DNA of 64,000 nt from Myxococcota bacterium (GCA_965250285.1 OZ252299.1:320001-384000); one strand, 5' to 3'. Shown: positions 53,666-64,000, counted from the first letter of the stretch. A program made the numbers and translations. Notes: a model not told the origin generated them from the sequence alone.

Positions 53666-53924
53666 CGGGGCCTCGCTCGTCCGCCGGTCATGGCGGGCCT
53701 CGCGCTGGGGGAGCGGGCCCGGTCCGTCCGGCATCCCGCCGACTCTTGAATCGGCGGGCAGGGGGTTCGCAACGCCGCCCGGTTGAAACACCTCGGCCCG
53801 TCGTCGGCCCCGCCGGGTGGCTCGGCGGCGGGCTCGCGTCGGGTCGGCGCTCGGCGCCGGGTGGGGCTGTGGGGATGCAACGCGGGCAGTCTACCGCTTC
53901 ACGCGGCGGCTTTCAGCCGGCGGC

Positions 53925-53956
53925 GGTGCACCTCGCGATGGGTGCACCTCGCGATG
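53925..53956. repeat. 16-bp tandem duplication
   Basis: GGTGCACCTCGCGATG twice in the purL/HAL2 divergent intergenic region. Confidence 0.75.
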
Positions 53957-54096
53957 GCGGCTGCGCCGCCGCGCGACTTCATGGCAGCCCCCAAAGGGAT
54001 TCGGCATCGTCCCGCCTTCGAAGCGTCCTGGCCCGCGGCGGTGAGGCCGGGGGACCCGAGCACGGCACGAGCGGACACGCGAAAGGAAGAGCAGGC

Positions 54097-55086
54097 ATGG
54101 CGTACGAAGCGGAGCGCGCGGCGGCGATCGAGGCGGTCGAGATCGCAAGTCGACTGTGTCAGCAGGTGCAGTCGGTGCTCGTCGACGACGCGTCGATGGC
54201 CAAGAAGGACAAGTCGCCCGTGACGGTCGCCGACTTCGGAGCCCAGGCCGTGGTGTCCCACACGCTCGTCTCGGCGTTCCCCGACGTACCGCTGGTCGGC
54301 GAAGAGGACGCCGCCGAGCTGCGCCAGTCCGACAACGCCGGGCTCTGCGCCCAGGTGGTCGAGCACGTGCAGCGGGCGAAGCCCGCCCTCGGTGAGAGCG
54401 AGGTACTCGAGCTGATCGACCGGGGAACCTATGCCGGCGGCGGCGCGGGCCGGCACTGGACCCTCGACCCGATCGACGGCACGAAGGGTTTTCTGCGCCG
54501 CGATCAGTACGCGGTCGCGCTGGCGCTCATCGAAGACGGCGAGGTCGTGCTCGGAGTGCTCGGTTGTCCGAATCTGCCGGTCGACACGGCCGACCCCGAT
54601 GGCGAGCGCGGTGGCCTCTTCGTGGCCGTGAAGGGCGAGGGTACGTTCACGCGGCCGCTCACGGGCGATGCCGAGCGCCGGATCCACGTCACCGATGTGA
54701 CCGACCCGTCGGGCGCGAATTTCTGCGAGTCGGTCGAGTCGGGCCACTCGAGCCAGGACGACAGCGCGAAGGTCGCCGAGCTCCTCGGCATCACCCAGCC
54801 GCCTTTCCGGATCGACAGTCAGTGCAAGTACGCGGCGGTCGCGCGCGGCGACGCGTCGATCTATCTCCGCCTGCCGACCCGCGCCGACTACGAGGAGAAG
54901 ATCTGGGATCACGCCGCGGGCTCGATCGTCGTGCGTGAGGCCGGCGGCCGAGTGACCGACGTGACCGGCGCCGATCTCGACTTCTCGATCGGCCGGACCC
55001 TGGCGAAGAACACGGGCGTGATCGTCACCAACGGCCACGTGCACGACCCGGTGGTCGCGGCGGTCCGCCAGGTGCTCGGCGTCTGA
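54097..55086 (+). CDS. 3'(2'),5'-bisphosphate nucleotidase, HAL2/SAL1 type
   Basis: SPVTVADF, GEED, LDPIDGTKGF, CESVESGHS, DSQCKY, EKIWDHAAG. Confidence 0.92.
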   Translation: MAYEAERAAAIEAVEIASRLCQQVQSVLVDDASMAKKDKSPVTVADFGAQAVVSHTLVSAFPDVPLVGEEDAAELRQSDNAGLCAQVVEHVQRAKPALGESEVLELIDRGTYAGGGAGRHWTLDPIDGTKGFLRRDQYAVALALIEDGEVVLGVLGCPNLPVDTADPDGERGGLFVAVKGEGTFTRPLTGDAERRIHVTDVTDPSGANFCESVESGHSSQDDSAKVAELLGITQPPFRIDSQCKYAAVARGDASIYLRLPTRADYEEKIWDHAAGSIVVREAGGRVTDVTGADLDFSIGRTLAKNTGVIVTNGHVHDPVVAAVRQVLGV

Positions 55087-55102
55087 GCCGCCGCGGCGAA
55101 GC

Positions 55103-56152
55103 GTGATCGAGCCGGAGCCCTTCGGCGTCACGCGGGGCGGTCTGCCCGTCGCGCGCCATCGCCTGCGCAACGCGCGGGGCACCGAGGCCGTCTTGATCGA
55201 CTACGGGGCCTCGCTCACCGAGCTGTGGGTCGACGGCGTCGACGTCGTCCTCGGCTTCGACTCGCTCGCAGGCTACGAGGCGCATCGCACCTGGTTCGGC
55301 TGCGTCGTGGGTCGCGTCGCAAATCGCACCGCGGGCGCTCGTTTCGAGATCGATGGCGAGGCGTTCGAGCTCGAGTCGAACGAAGGCACACATCATCTAC
55401 ACGGCGGGTCGCAGGGCCTCTCGACCCGGGTGTGGCAGCCCGAGCCCACCGACGGCGGGCTTCGATTCAACGTCACGAGTGAGCCGGGGGACGGGGGCTA
55501 CCCCGGCCGCCTCGACGTCGCCGTGACGTATCACTTGACCGACGACGACCGACTGCGCATCGAGTATCGGGCAACCGTCGATCGGGCGACGCCCGTGAAC
55601 CTGACCCATCACGCCTACTTCAACCTGGCCGGCCATGGGGATGTCCGTGGCCACGAGCTCGAGATCGGGTCGAGCCGGGTGGTCGAGGTCGGACCCGATC
55701 TCATCCCGACCGGCGTGCTGCGCGAAGTGGCCGAGACGCCCTTCGACTTTCGAAAGGCCAAGCCCGTCGGTCGCGATCTCGAGGCCGCCCCGGGCCAGGG
55801 GTACGACGTGAGCTACGTGCTCGCTGGCTTCGACGACGCGCAGGCGCGCGCGTCGCTCCGCCCGGCGAGGGTCGCCACGCTGATCGAGCCCCGGTCGGGG
55901 CGACGCATGGGCGTCTCGACGTCAGCGCCGTGCCTGCATCTCTACACGGGGCAGGCCCTCGACGGTCGACGTGGCAAACGCGGCGCCCGGCTCGATGCAT
56001 TCGGCGGACTGTGCCTCGAGGCGCAGCATCCGCCGGACGCGCTGCATCAGGCGGGCTTCCCATCGATCGTGTGCCGCCCGGGCACGCCCTACCACCAAGT
56101 CACCGAATACGACTTCGCCGCTGCCAACGAGGTCGACAGCGGCGAAGTGTGA
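55103..56152 (+). CDS. galM: aldose 1-epimerase
   Basis: GRVANR, HLHGG, NLTHHAYFNL, CLEAQ. Confidence 0.92.
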   Translation: MIEPEPFGVTRGGLPVARHRLRNARGTEAVLIDYGASLTELWVDGVDVVLGFDSLAGYEAHRTWFGCVVGRVANRTAGARFEIDGEAFELESNEGTHHLHGGSQGLSTRVWQPEPTDGGLRFNVTSEPGDGGYPGRLDVAVTYHLTDDDRLRIEYRATVDRATPVNLTHHAYFNLAGHGDVRGHELEIGSSRVVEVGPDLIPTGVLREVAETPFDFRKAKPVGRDLEAAPGQGYDVSYVLAGFDDAQARASLRPARVATLIEPRSGRRMGVSTSAPCLHLYTGQALDGRRGKRGARLDAFGGLCLEAQHPPDALHQAGFPSIVCRPGTPYHQVTEYDFAAANEVDSGEV

Positions 56153-56186
56153 CTCGATCGATGAGTCGGGCCAGCGAGGGCCGGGC

Positions 56187-58937
56187 TCAGCTGAGCAGCG
56201 AGAGCGTCGTCGTTCGCTGGCGCTCGGCGATCTCTTCGGGTGACTCCTCGATGACGACCTCATCGGGCTCGATCTTGAAGATGGGCTGGCCCGCCGTGAC
56301 GACCTTGCCGTCGCTGTCGGGCATCAGGTTCTCGGTCACCGTGCCCGAGAAGGGCGCGTTGATCTTGTTGAACATCTTCATCACTTCGATCACGAAGAGC
56401 GGCTGGCCTTCGTCGAAGTGCGTGCCGACGTCGGCGAGCACCGGCAGATCCGGCGCCTCGCGGGCGTAGTACGTGCCGCCCATCGGTGTGACGATCTCGT
56501 CCGAGCTCGCCTTGGGCGGCGGGTTCAGGCCCTTGATCAGATCCTTCATGATCTGTTCGTCGAGGTACTGCTCGGGGAACACCGGCTCGAGCTTCTCGTC
56601 GACGGTGATATCGAGGAAGCCCGATCGAATGCCGATGCGGGGAATCATCAGCAGCATCTCGAGGCCGAGCTGGAAGCCGCGGTGCGCCGCCTGGCACCTC
56701 GCCCACAGCTCGGCATTGCCACCGGCGATGGCTTCGGCGCCGGCGCCATCGAACAGCTTCTGCTGTTCGGCCCACTCGGAGACGCCCGTGCGTCGTTCGA
56801 CCTCCGAGTAGAAGTCCAGGGCCTCGCGGATCGCGGCGGCGTCATCCTGCCAGATCATCTCGCTCGCGGGCTTGCCCGGGGCTTCCTCCATGTGGAGGTA
56901 GTGGTAGAGCGCGTCGAGGAACCCCACCGGGTTCTCGGCGAAGTCGACCTTGTCGCCTTCGCGGATCCAGAGATGGTCGTCGTGCAGGCCGATGAACCCG
57001 GCGAGCGCATGCGGATCGGCCAGCAAACGGCCGAGCGGGCGCAGCAGCAGGGTCTCCTTCGCGGCGAACACCGTCTTGGCGTCGCGGTCGGGGATTCGAC
57101 CCAGCGTCTCCTGCGCGGCGACGTCGAGATCGACGTCCTTCGCGATCACCTCGAGCGAGCCCACGGCGGCGAGGTAAGACGACAGGAAGCGCGTGTTGGG
57201 CTTCATCATGGGCTCGAGCCCGAGCGTCCAGTTGATCAACCCGTACTGCATCTGGCAGCTGGTCTTCACGTCGTCGCCGCGAATCTCCATCTGGCGGAGG
57301 ATCTCGGCGAGGCGGTCGAGGTTCTCGGCGCGGCTCCCGGCCTCGGCGAGGATCAGCGCGATGTTGCTGTCATAGGCGCCGGCCAGGTTGTAGTAGACGA
57401 ACGAGCCCGTGTCGGGGTTCGCCACGCTGATGCCCTGGTCGTCGCGGTGCTCGAAGTCGAGCGGCTGTGACCAGCTTCGGATCATCCCACCGGCGTGGGG
57501 CTGCAGCGCCGCGTTCATGGCGTTGACGCGGATCTCGGCGCCCGAGATCGATCTCAGCTCGCGGGTCGGTCGAGGCAGGCGCGGACCGTGGAGCGTCACG
57601 AGCACCATGGCCTCGATGAGCCGGTCGACGTAGAAGCAGTCGTTCTCGTCGTCGGGGTTGGTGAACTTCAGGCGATAGGCGAGCTCGGTCACGCCGTGCT
57701 CGACCTGGATGCGCGTGTTCATCTCCATGAAGAAGTGGTCGAAGCCCTCGACGATGCACTCGAAGGTCGAGACGCTATCGAGCCCGACGCCCTGGCCGAA
57801 GCGCTCGGAGTCGTCCTCCATGTTCTGAAGCGTCTGCTTGTCCTTGGTGAGGGTCTCGGCTGCCACGCCCTCGTAGCGCGGGATCGCCTCGTCGAGCAGC
57901 TCCTGGGTCAGCGAGAACTCGAGCTGCTTCTGCTCATACATCTGGATCGAGCAGTCGCGACCGCCGAGCGACATCGCCCAGTCACCGTTGCCGATCACCT
58001 GGATCTCGTTGTGTCGCGTGGTCTCGAGGTTGAGCTCGATGAGGAAGTTTCGGTTCGAGCCGGGCGCCGTGACCTTCTGTTCGGCGAGGATCTCGAACAC
58101 CGCGTCGGCGGTCTCCTCGACCTTCGACACCACGCGCTGCCCCTTGCCGCCGCCACCGCCGATCGCCTTGTAGCGGATGCGCTTGTCGGGGTACTGGGCC
58201 CAGATCTTCTCGCTCTCGCGCTCGGCTGCGCGCTGCAGCTCCTCGATCGTGACCAGCTCGATGGTCTGGGCATAGCCGGCCTGCAGGAGCGCCTCGGCGT
58301 TCTCGATCGGCTCCTTGTCGCCCTGCCAGGCCCATGCGCCGTCGAGGCCGTTCGCCTTTGCGAGCGTCTCGAGCGCGCCCTGGTCGGGGTGGGCCTCGAG
58401 CAGCGCGATGGCCGAGATGTAGTCGACGCCCGGGATGACCGCGTTGCCGAGGGCGCGGGCGAGCTTCTTCGCCTCGTCCTTGGCGCCGGCCTTCTTGATC
58501 ACCGAGCTCGACGGGCCGATGAACTCGAGCCCCGCCTCTTCGATCGCCTCGATGAACTCGAAGTCTTCGGCCATGAAGCCGTAGCCGGCGAAGAGGTGCG
58601 TGTACCCGTTCGCCTTGGCGATGTCGATGATCTCACCGATGCGCTCGACCTTCTCGGCCTGGCCCACGCCCATGTAGTCGGCGACGCGGTGCACGTTGGC
58701 CGGGAACTTCAGGCTGCGCAGCTCGGGGGCGAGGCAGCGCGGGTAGACGATCGAATCCTTCTCGCTGAGCAGCATGCCCCATTCGCGCACGCCGCACTCT
58801 TCGAAGACGTCGAACGCCTCCTTGCGCACCGGGCCGCGGCAGACGACGAGGCACTTCACGTCCTGCAGCGAGAACGATCGCACCCAATCCGAGTCGGCTT
58901 CGTGAAACGTGCTTTCGGTCAGATCACTCAGTCGCAT
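56187..58937 (-). CDS. biotin carboxylase-BCCP fusion with large central domain
   Basis: GYGFMAE, GGGGGKG, RDCSIQ, EMNTRIQVEH; C-terminal EVMKM biotinyl lysine. Confidence 0.9.
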   Translation of the reverse strand: MRLSDLTESTFHEADSDWVRSFSLQDVKCLVVCRGPVRKEAFDVFEECGVREWGMLLSEKDSIVYPRCLAPELRSLKFPANVHRVADYMGVGQAEKVERIGEIIDIAKANGYTHLFAGYGFMAEDFEFIEAIEEAGLEFIGPSSSVIKKAGAKDEAKKLARALGNAVIPGVDYISAIALLEAHPDQGALETLAKANGLDGAWAWQGDKEPIENAEALLQAGYAQTIELVTIEELQRAAERESEKIWAQYPDKRIRYKAIGGGGGKGQRVVSKVEETADAVFEILAEQKVTAPGSNRNFLIELNLETTRHNEIQVIGNGDWAMSLGGRDCSIQMYEQKQLEFSLTQELLDEAIPRYEGVAAETLTKDKQTLQNMEDDSERFGQGVGLDSVSTFECIVEGFDHFFMEMNTRIQVEHGVTELAYRLKFTNPDDENDCFYVDRLIEAMVLVTLHGPRLPRPTRELRSISGAEIRVNAMNAALQPHAGGMIRSWSQPLDFEHRDDQGISVANPDTGSFVYYNLAGAYDSNIALILAEAGSRAENLDRLAEILRQMEIRGDDVKTSCQMQYGLINWTLGLEPMMKPNTRFLSSYLAAVGSLEVIAKDVDLDVAAQETLGRIPDRDAKTVFAAKETLLLRPLGRLLADPHALAGFIGLHDDHLWIREGDKVDFAENPVGFLDALYHYLHMEEAPGKPASEMIWQDDAAAIREALDFYSEVERRTGVSEWAEQQKLFDGAGAEAIAGGNAELWARCQAAHRGFQLGLEMLLMIPRIGIRSGFLDITVDEKLEPVFPEQYLDEQIMKDLIKGLNPPPKASSDEIVTPMGGTYYAREAPDLPVLADVGTHFDEGQPLFVIEVMKMFNKINAPFSGTVTENLMPDSDGKVVTAGQPIFKIEPDEVVIEESPEEIAERQRTTTLSLLS

Positions 58938-58940
58938 GGT

Positions 58941-60629
58941 CTACTCGTGCTCTCGCTGCGGGCCGCCCATGGGCTCCGGGGTGTAGTGGCGCATCAGGAA
59001 GGCCAGATTGCGCGACAAGATGCGGCGGCTCTCGCCCGGCATGACGATGCGGTGCACCGAGCCCAGGCTGAGCGCCTCCTTCGGGTTCATCAGCTCTTCT
59101 TCGTAGCGGGCCGTCAGGCCGGCGAGTGCGGCGTCACGCGCCGCTGCTGCGTCGGCGGGGTCGGCGCCGTCGGCGATCGCCTTGTCGTAGGCCTTCGCCG
59201 CGGCCCGCACCTCGTCCTTGTACACGAAGTCGCGGCCACCGCCCGGACCCATCACGGCGATGCGAGCCATCGGCATCGCGAAGACGCGATCGGCGCCGGT
59301 GAAGTACGAGTTGTAGCTCGCATAGGCACCGCCAAACGCGTTTCGAATGATCATCGTGAGGCTCGGCGTACGAATGTCGATGATCGAGTCGAGCAGCTTG
59401 CGACCCGCCTGGATGATGCCCTTCGACTCCTGCTCGGTGCCTGGCAGGAAGCCCGTCGTGTCCTCGATGAAGATCATCGGGATGTTGTAGAGGTTGCAGA
59501 AGCGGATGAAGCGCGTGCCCTTGAGCGCGGCCGCGATGTCGATCTGACCCGACGCCACGAACGAGTTGTTCGCGACGAAGCCCACGACGTGTCCGCCGAG
59601 GCGGCCGAACGCCGTGATGATGTTGCGGGCCCGCTGCGGCTGCAGCTCGAAGTACTCGCCGTGGTCGCACACCTGCTGCAGGTACAGCGTGATGTCCATC
59701 GGCGCGTTCATGCCGGCCGGGCTCGTGAACGTCTTGCGGAAGAGCAGGTCTTCTTCGTCGACGTGTCGATCGGTCGGGTCGGAGGTCTCGTGGAAGGGCG
59801 CGCCCGTGTGGTTGTTGTCGGGCAGATACGTGAGCAGCCGCATCGCCTGGCGCAGCGAAGCGAGCTCGTCGGGCGTGACCAGGTCGCACACGCCCGACTG
59901 GCCGTGCACGCCGGGACCGCCGAGCTCGTCTGCGGTGACGTCCTCGCCCAGGGCGCTCTTGACGACGCCGGGCCCCGTCAGGCCGATGAACGTCTCGTCG
60001 CACTGAATCATGAACGAGCCCTGCCGGGGCAGGTAGGCGCCGCCGCCCGCGTTGTAGCCGAACATCAGGCTGATCGAGGGCACGAGGCCGCTGATCCTGC
60101 GCAGGGCCGTGAATGCCTCGCTGTAGCCGTCGAGGCCGCCGACGCCGGCGGGCACGAAGGCGCCGGCCGAGTCGTTCATGCCGATCAGCGGGATGCCCTT
60201 CTCGCCGGCCATGTAGATCAGGCGCGCGAGCTTGGCGCCGTTGGTCGCATCCATCGAGCCGGCGCGCAGCGTGAAGTCGTGACCGTAGACGGCGACGTCG
60301 CGGCCATCGATGCTCAGGATGCCGGTCACGATCGAAGCGCCGTCGAGGTTCGGGCCCCAGTTCTGGAAGAGCATCTGCGGCTCTTCGCGACTGAGCACGT
60401 TGATCCGCTCCCAGACCGTCATGCGCCCCTTGGCGTGCTGGGTGCGCACGCGGGCGATCCCACCGCCGAGCAGCGGCTTGCGGATCAGCTCTTCGCCGAG
60501 CGCGAGGGCCGCGTCGTACGGGTTGTCGGGCGCCGCAGTTTCGGGCGCGGCCTCGACGGGCGCGGCGGCGTTCTCTTCGGCTGCTTCGGCCGCGAGGGGA
60601 TCGTTGGTCTGATACTCGGGTTGGGCCAT
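58941..60629 (-). CDS. acyl-CoA carboxylase carboxyltransferase (beta) subunit
   Basis: [46 protein letters not shown]. Confidence 0.92.
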   Translation of the reverse strand: MAQPEYQTNDPLAAEAAEENAAAPVEAAPETAAPDNPYDAALALGEELIRKPLLGGGIARVRTQHAKGRMTVWERINVLSREEPQMLFQNWGPNLDGASIVTGILSIDGRDVAVYGHDFTLRAGSMDATNGAKLARLIYMAGEKGIPLIGMNDSAGAFVPAGVGGLDGYSEAFTALRRISGLVPSISLMFGYNAGGGAYLPRQGSFMIQCDETFIGLTGPGVVKSALGEDVTADELGGPGVHGQSGVCDLVTPDELASLRQAMRLLTYLPDNNHTGAPFHETSDPTDRHVDEEDLLFRKTFTSPAGMNAPMDITLYLQQVCDHGEYFELQPQRARNIITAFGRLGGHVVGFVANNSFVASGQIDIAAALKGTRFIRFCNLYNIPMIFIEDTTGFLPGTEQESKGIIQAGRKLLDSIIDIRTPSLTMIIRNAFGGAYASYNSYFTGADRVFAMPMARIAVMGPGGGRDFVYKDEVRAAAKAYDKAIADGADPADAAAARDAALAGLTARYEEELMNPKEALSLGSVHRIVMPGESRRILSRNLAFLMRHYTPEPMGGPQREHE

Positions 60630-61119
60630 GGGGTCGGTCCGGTCCTGGAAGGGTGCGGCGCCGAGGCGGACCCGGTCGCCGTACGCATTCATCTCGTCCG
60701 CGCGAGGCGGCGCATTCGGTGCCTTGCTCGATCGTGCCCCGGTTCCGTGCCGGCCCGTGCGGGTCCGGTCGGGCAGAGTGCGGGGGCCGTGCAGACGCTG
60801 CATGGTCGCCGCTTCCGTTCACCGATGCATCCGGCGTGTCGAGGTTGCAGCGGGCGGATTCCCTGCGGGGCAGGGTCTCGCGCCAACCTCGAGCAGCTGG
60901 CTCGGTTGGGGCGCCGAGAGGCAGCGGGGGGCCGCGTCCTCTCGTCGAGCGCGCGCAGTCTATCGGGTTTGTCCAGGCGGAGCGAGGCTCGCGCAGAGGC
61001 AAATCGGCCCGTGGCCCGGCCCCATCCGGCCGCGTTCGGCACCAATCTGGACAGCGCCGGCGGATCGCGCCACCGTCGGCCGGTCCGACAGTGAGCAGAG
61101 AGAAGAGAGAGGAAGCACG

Positions 61120-62199
61120 ATGCCGGCACCGATCGGTCGCGACGCCGCCAAGACGAAGGCCCAGCTCGAGGATTGGTTTCGTGCGCGCGAAGAAGGCGCC
61201 GACTCGGTCACGCTCGAAGGCCTGGGCGGGCCCGAGGAGACGGGCTTCTCGAGCGACACGCTGATGTTCGACGTCGTCGTCGCGCGTGCCGGTGCCGCGC
61301 CCGAGCGCCGACCGGTCGTGGTGCGCATCGAACCGGCGACCCCGTTCCCGATCTTTCCCGAGTACGACCTCGGCCTGCAGTTTCACATGATGCAGCAGCT
61401 CGAACGCGAGGCGGTGCCGGTGCCGCGGATGATCGCGATCGAGCACGATCGCGGCCCTCTGGGCGCTCCGTTCTACGTCATGGAGCGGCTCGACGGGCGC
61501 GTCCCGACCGACACGCCGCCCTATCACACGGCGGGCTGGATCACCGAGCTCGGTGCCGGCGACCGGGCGGCGATGTGGTTCAGCGCGCTCGACGCCATGG
61601 CCGAGGTGCACAGACTCGACGTCGAACAGCCGCGCTTCGACTTCCTTCGCCGCCCCGAGGCCGGGCAGACCCCGCTGCAGGCGCAGCTCGCCTACTGGGA
61701 TCACTACCTCGAGTGGGGGATGGAGCGTGAGACCTATCCCCTGCTCGATCGTGCGCTCGCGTGGCTGAACGCGAACCAGCCTTCGAACGAGCCGACGGCG
61801 ATCTGTTGGGGCGACTCGCGCATCTCGAACCAGATGTTCGACGACACCCGCTGCATCGCGGTGATCGACTGGGAGATGGCGTTCCGAGGCAATCCCGAAG
61901 CCGACCTCGCCTGGTTCATCAGCCTCGACCGCTGCTTCACCGAGGGCATCGGCGTCGAACGGCTCGCCGGGATGCCCGACCGCGACACGACGATCGCGCG
62001 GTGGGAGGAGCGCGTCGGCCGCGCCGTCGAGCACTGGGACTACTACGAGTGCTTCGCGCTGTTTCGTTTCTCGGCGATCATGGCTCGCGTGATGCTGCAG
62101 CTGAAATACTACGAGAAGCTGCCGCAAGACGTGATGGCCGACCGCGACAACCTCGCGAGCCTCGTGCTCGAGAAGGTGCTCGCCGAGCGCGGCGCTTGA
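61120..62199 (+). CDS. phosphotransferase (APH / ACAD10-11 kinase-like)
   Basis: GFSSDT, PFYVMERLDG, WGDSRISN, IDWEMA..G.PEADL. Confidence 0.88.
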   Translation: MPAPIGRDAAKTKAQLEDWFRAREEGADSVTLEGLGGPEETGFSSDTLMFDVVVARAGAAPERRPVVVRIEPATPFPIFPEYDLGLQFHMMQQLEREAVPVPRMIAIEHDRGPLGAPFYVMERLDGRVPTDTPPYHTAGWITELGAGDRAAMWFSALDAMAEVHRLDVEQPRFDFLRRPEAGQTPLQAQLAYWDHYLEWGMERETYPLLDRALAWLNANQPSNEPTAICWGDSRISNQMFDDTRCIAVIDWEMAFRGNPEADLAWFISLDRCFTEGIGVERLAGMPDRDTTIARWEERVGRAVEHWDYYECFALFRFSAIMARVMLQLKYYEKLPQDVMADRDNLASLVLEKVLAERGA

Positions 62200-62301
62200 T
62201 GGCGGTGCCTCGCCGCGACGGAACACTCAGGGGCCCAACGACATCGAAGCGGGGAGAGCCGAGGGCGGAGCGCCGCGAGCGGAGAGCGGAGTGAGAGGTT
62301 G

Positions 62302-63012
62302 ATGTCGGACAACGACGAATCAGGCGAGAGCGCACCGCGCCAATACGGCATCGAAGACGAGCTGCCGCGCGATGGCCGAGTTGCCCGCGCCGTTCGCACG
62401 CGTCGTGCGGTGGCCGACGCGATGCTCGCCCTGATCGACGACGGCGATCTGCGCCCGACTTCGAAGGCGATCGCCGAGCGCGCCGGCGTCAGCGAGCGCA
62501 CGATCTTTCAGCATTTCGACGATCTCGAGGCGCTCTTTGGCGCCGCGTCCGAACGCGTCGGGGAGCTGATCGGCAGCCAGGCCGAGAAGGTGCCCATCGA
62601 CGGCGACTTCGAGACGCGGCTGGCCGCGTTCGTGCACGAGATGGCGTACCTGAACGAGGCGATGACGTTCGTGCGCCGCGCGTCTCGCCTCCACGAGCCG
62701 TATTCGCCGGTCTTGCAGGAGGCGCTGGGCAACCTGCGGGCCCTGCGCCGCCGCATCGGAGAGAAGGTCTTTGCGCCCGAGCTCGCGGCGCTCGACGACC
62801 CCGAGCTCCGGCGGCGCGCCGCGAACGGGATCGTGCTGCTCTCGCTCTGGAGCAGCTGGGAGAACATGCGCGCCCATCTCGGCCTCGACCGGGCGGAGGC
62901 GCGCGCGACCCTGAAGCAGGGGCTGCGTGGCATGCTCGGGCAGCCGCGCCCCGCGAGCGAGCCCGTGGAGGACGCGACCGATCCGCGCCTCATGGACGAG
63001 CCAGAGGCGTAG
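62302..63012 (+). CDS. TetR/AcrR family regulator
   Basis: DGR..R..RTRRAV, IAERAGVSERTIFQHFDD. Confidence 0.88.
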   Translation: MSDNDESGESAPRQYGIEDELPRDGRVARAVRTRRAVADAMLALIDDGDLRPTSKAIAERAGVSERTIFQHFDDLEALFGAASERVGELIGSQAEKVPIDGDFETRLAAFVHEMAYLNEAMTFVRRASRLHEPYSPVLQEALGNLRALRRRIGEKVFAPELAALDDPELRRRAANGIVLLSLWSSWENMRAHLGLDRAEARATLKQGLRGMLGQPRPASEPVEDATDPRLMDEPEA

Positions 63013-63033
63013 CGGTTCGAGTCTGCGCCACCC

Positions 63034-64000
63034 CTACGTGGTGCGCAGGAACTCCGAGAGGCCGTAGCCGACCTGGTCGCCGATGCGCCACTCGGTCATG
63101 CCCTCGCCGATGTGCGTGACCATCCCCTCGCGGCGATTGCGCAGCGGGATGAAGCCCTTCACGTCGCCCTCGATCTCGATCGATTCGCCCTTGCTCGTCT
63201 CGACGCGCACGTGCACCCGCTCGTGGTAGAGGCCGTTCTCGGCGTAGTCCGCCGTGATCTCTGCATGCTTGACGCCCACGAGCTCGCCGTCGCGCATGAT
63301 GACGCCGCCCGCCTTCACGTGGTCGGCGTCGCGCCGAACGATCGAGATCATGGCGCCGAGCTTCTCGCCGAAGTTCATCGTCAGCCACTCGTAGCTCTCG
63401 ATGGCTTGCCAGTGCCGCGGGCCCCAAGAGTGGTCACGCAGCCCATAGCCGTCGATCGAGATCGTCTCACCGTCGATCTCGATCGTGCCGGTCACACCCA
63501 TGTGCTGCTCGTAGTGCGCCTTGGCGAACTGGTTCTCGGCTTCACGCCCCTGCTCGTCGGGGTCACCGGCCTTGCCGTACATCGGTCCGACGGCGCGGTG
63601 TTCGAGGTCGAGGACGATCTTCTTCTTCGGGCTCTCGAGGAACGCGCTCTTCGGATCGGCCATCGACTTCGGGTCGTCGAGCTCGAGCACGCTGCCCTCG
63701 TAGACCGTGCGCAGGCGTTCGGTCGGCTCGATCACCTCGAAACGAAGGCCTCCGGCGTCGAACGCGTCGTTGTGATCGATCGGCGCGCGCTTGAAGCTGA
63801 AGAGCACGCGACCGTCTGGCATGTAGAGGCACACCGTCATCTCGGCCCGGCCTTCATTGGCGCGGTTGCCGAGCCGTACGAAGCCCCCCATCGACTTCGC
63901 CGGGTCGAAGAAGTTGAAGTACATGCTCTCGTTGAAGTTCGGCTCGGGGCCGAGCTCATGCGTGTAGTCGTCTTCCGGCTTGAGGTTGCCGAGGATCTTC
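63034..64000 (-). CDS. hypothetical tocopherol-cyclase/lipocalin-like beta protein (5' truncated)
   Basis: Frame open to the window edge; NFNESMYFNFFD, HYEQ, GLRDHSWGPR.W, EGM, GYGLSE. Confidence 0.7.
   Translation of the reverse strand, partial: KILGNLKPEDDYTHELGPEPNFNESMYFNFFDPAKSMGGFVRLGNRANEGRAEMTVCLYMPDGRVLFSFKRAPIDHNDAFDAGGLRFEVIEPTERLRTVYEGSVLELDDPKSMADPKSAFLESPKKKIVLDLEHRAVGPMYGKAGDPDEQGREAENQFAKAHYEQHMGVTGTIEIDGETISIDGYGLRDHSWGPRHWQAIESYEWLTMNFGEKLGAMISIVRRDADHVKAGGVIMRDGELVGVKHAEITADYAENGLYHERVHVRVETSKGESIEIEGDVKGFIPLRNRREGMVTHIGEGMTEWRIGDQVGYGLSEFLRTT

Noticed and set aside
49838..53749. Very long antisense or alternate-frame ORFs (also 57495-61094, 41055-44168, 25852-28677, 59134-62226)
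   Set aside because: Shadow ORFs of real genes, expected from high-GC codon bias; no recognisable motifs
63008..63030. tRNA 3' remnant or att site (GGTTCGAGTC...CCA)
   Set aside because: Only a short T-arm-like stem; no acceptor, anticodon or D arm and no integrase nearby

Overview
High-GC chromosomal window of about 48 densely packed genes from a diderm bacterium. Outer-membrane beta-barrels, lipoproteins and a type IV minor-pilin/PilY1 cluster suggest a Myxococcota/deltaproteobacterial-like host (inference). I found no rRNA, tRNA, CRISPR array, integrase or transposase. Main content: (i) an actinobacterial-style steroid/lipid catabolism set (FadA5-like thiolase, heteromeric FadE26/27-like ACAD pair, EchA19-like hydratase, CYP142-like P450 with a TetR gene and a visible tandem operator, LLM oxidoreductase, MMPL transporter, SDR, acyl-CoA carboxylase, APH-like kinase); (ii) a fimT/U-pilV-pilW-pilX-pilY1 operon followed by a small exported protein and an Ig-repeat lipoprotein, and preceded by a PilB/GspE ATPase and a Ycf46-like AAA ATPase; (iii) two exported DUF3604 PHP-like metallohydrolases, one translationally coupled to a parvulin-like chaperone and a Dabb lipoprotein directly behind purL-purB; (iv) housekeeping genes (purL, purB, menA, galM, HAL2-type nucleotidase, TrmH-like methylase). 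The best candidates for undescribed biology are the DUF3604-PPIase-Dabb module, the extended PilY1 locus, and an orphan TM-periplasmic-TM-coiled-coil protein. All family calls come from motif recognition by eye, not database searches.
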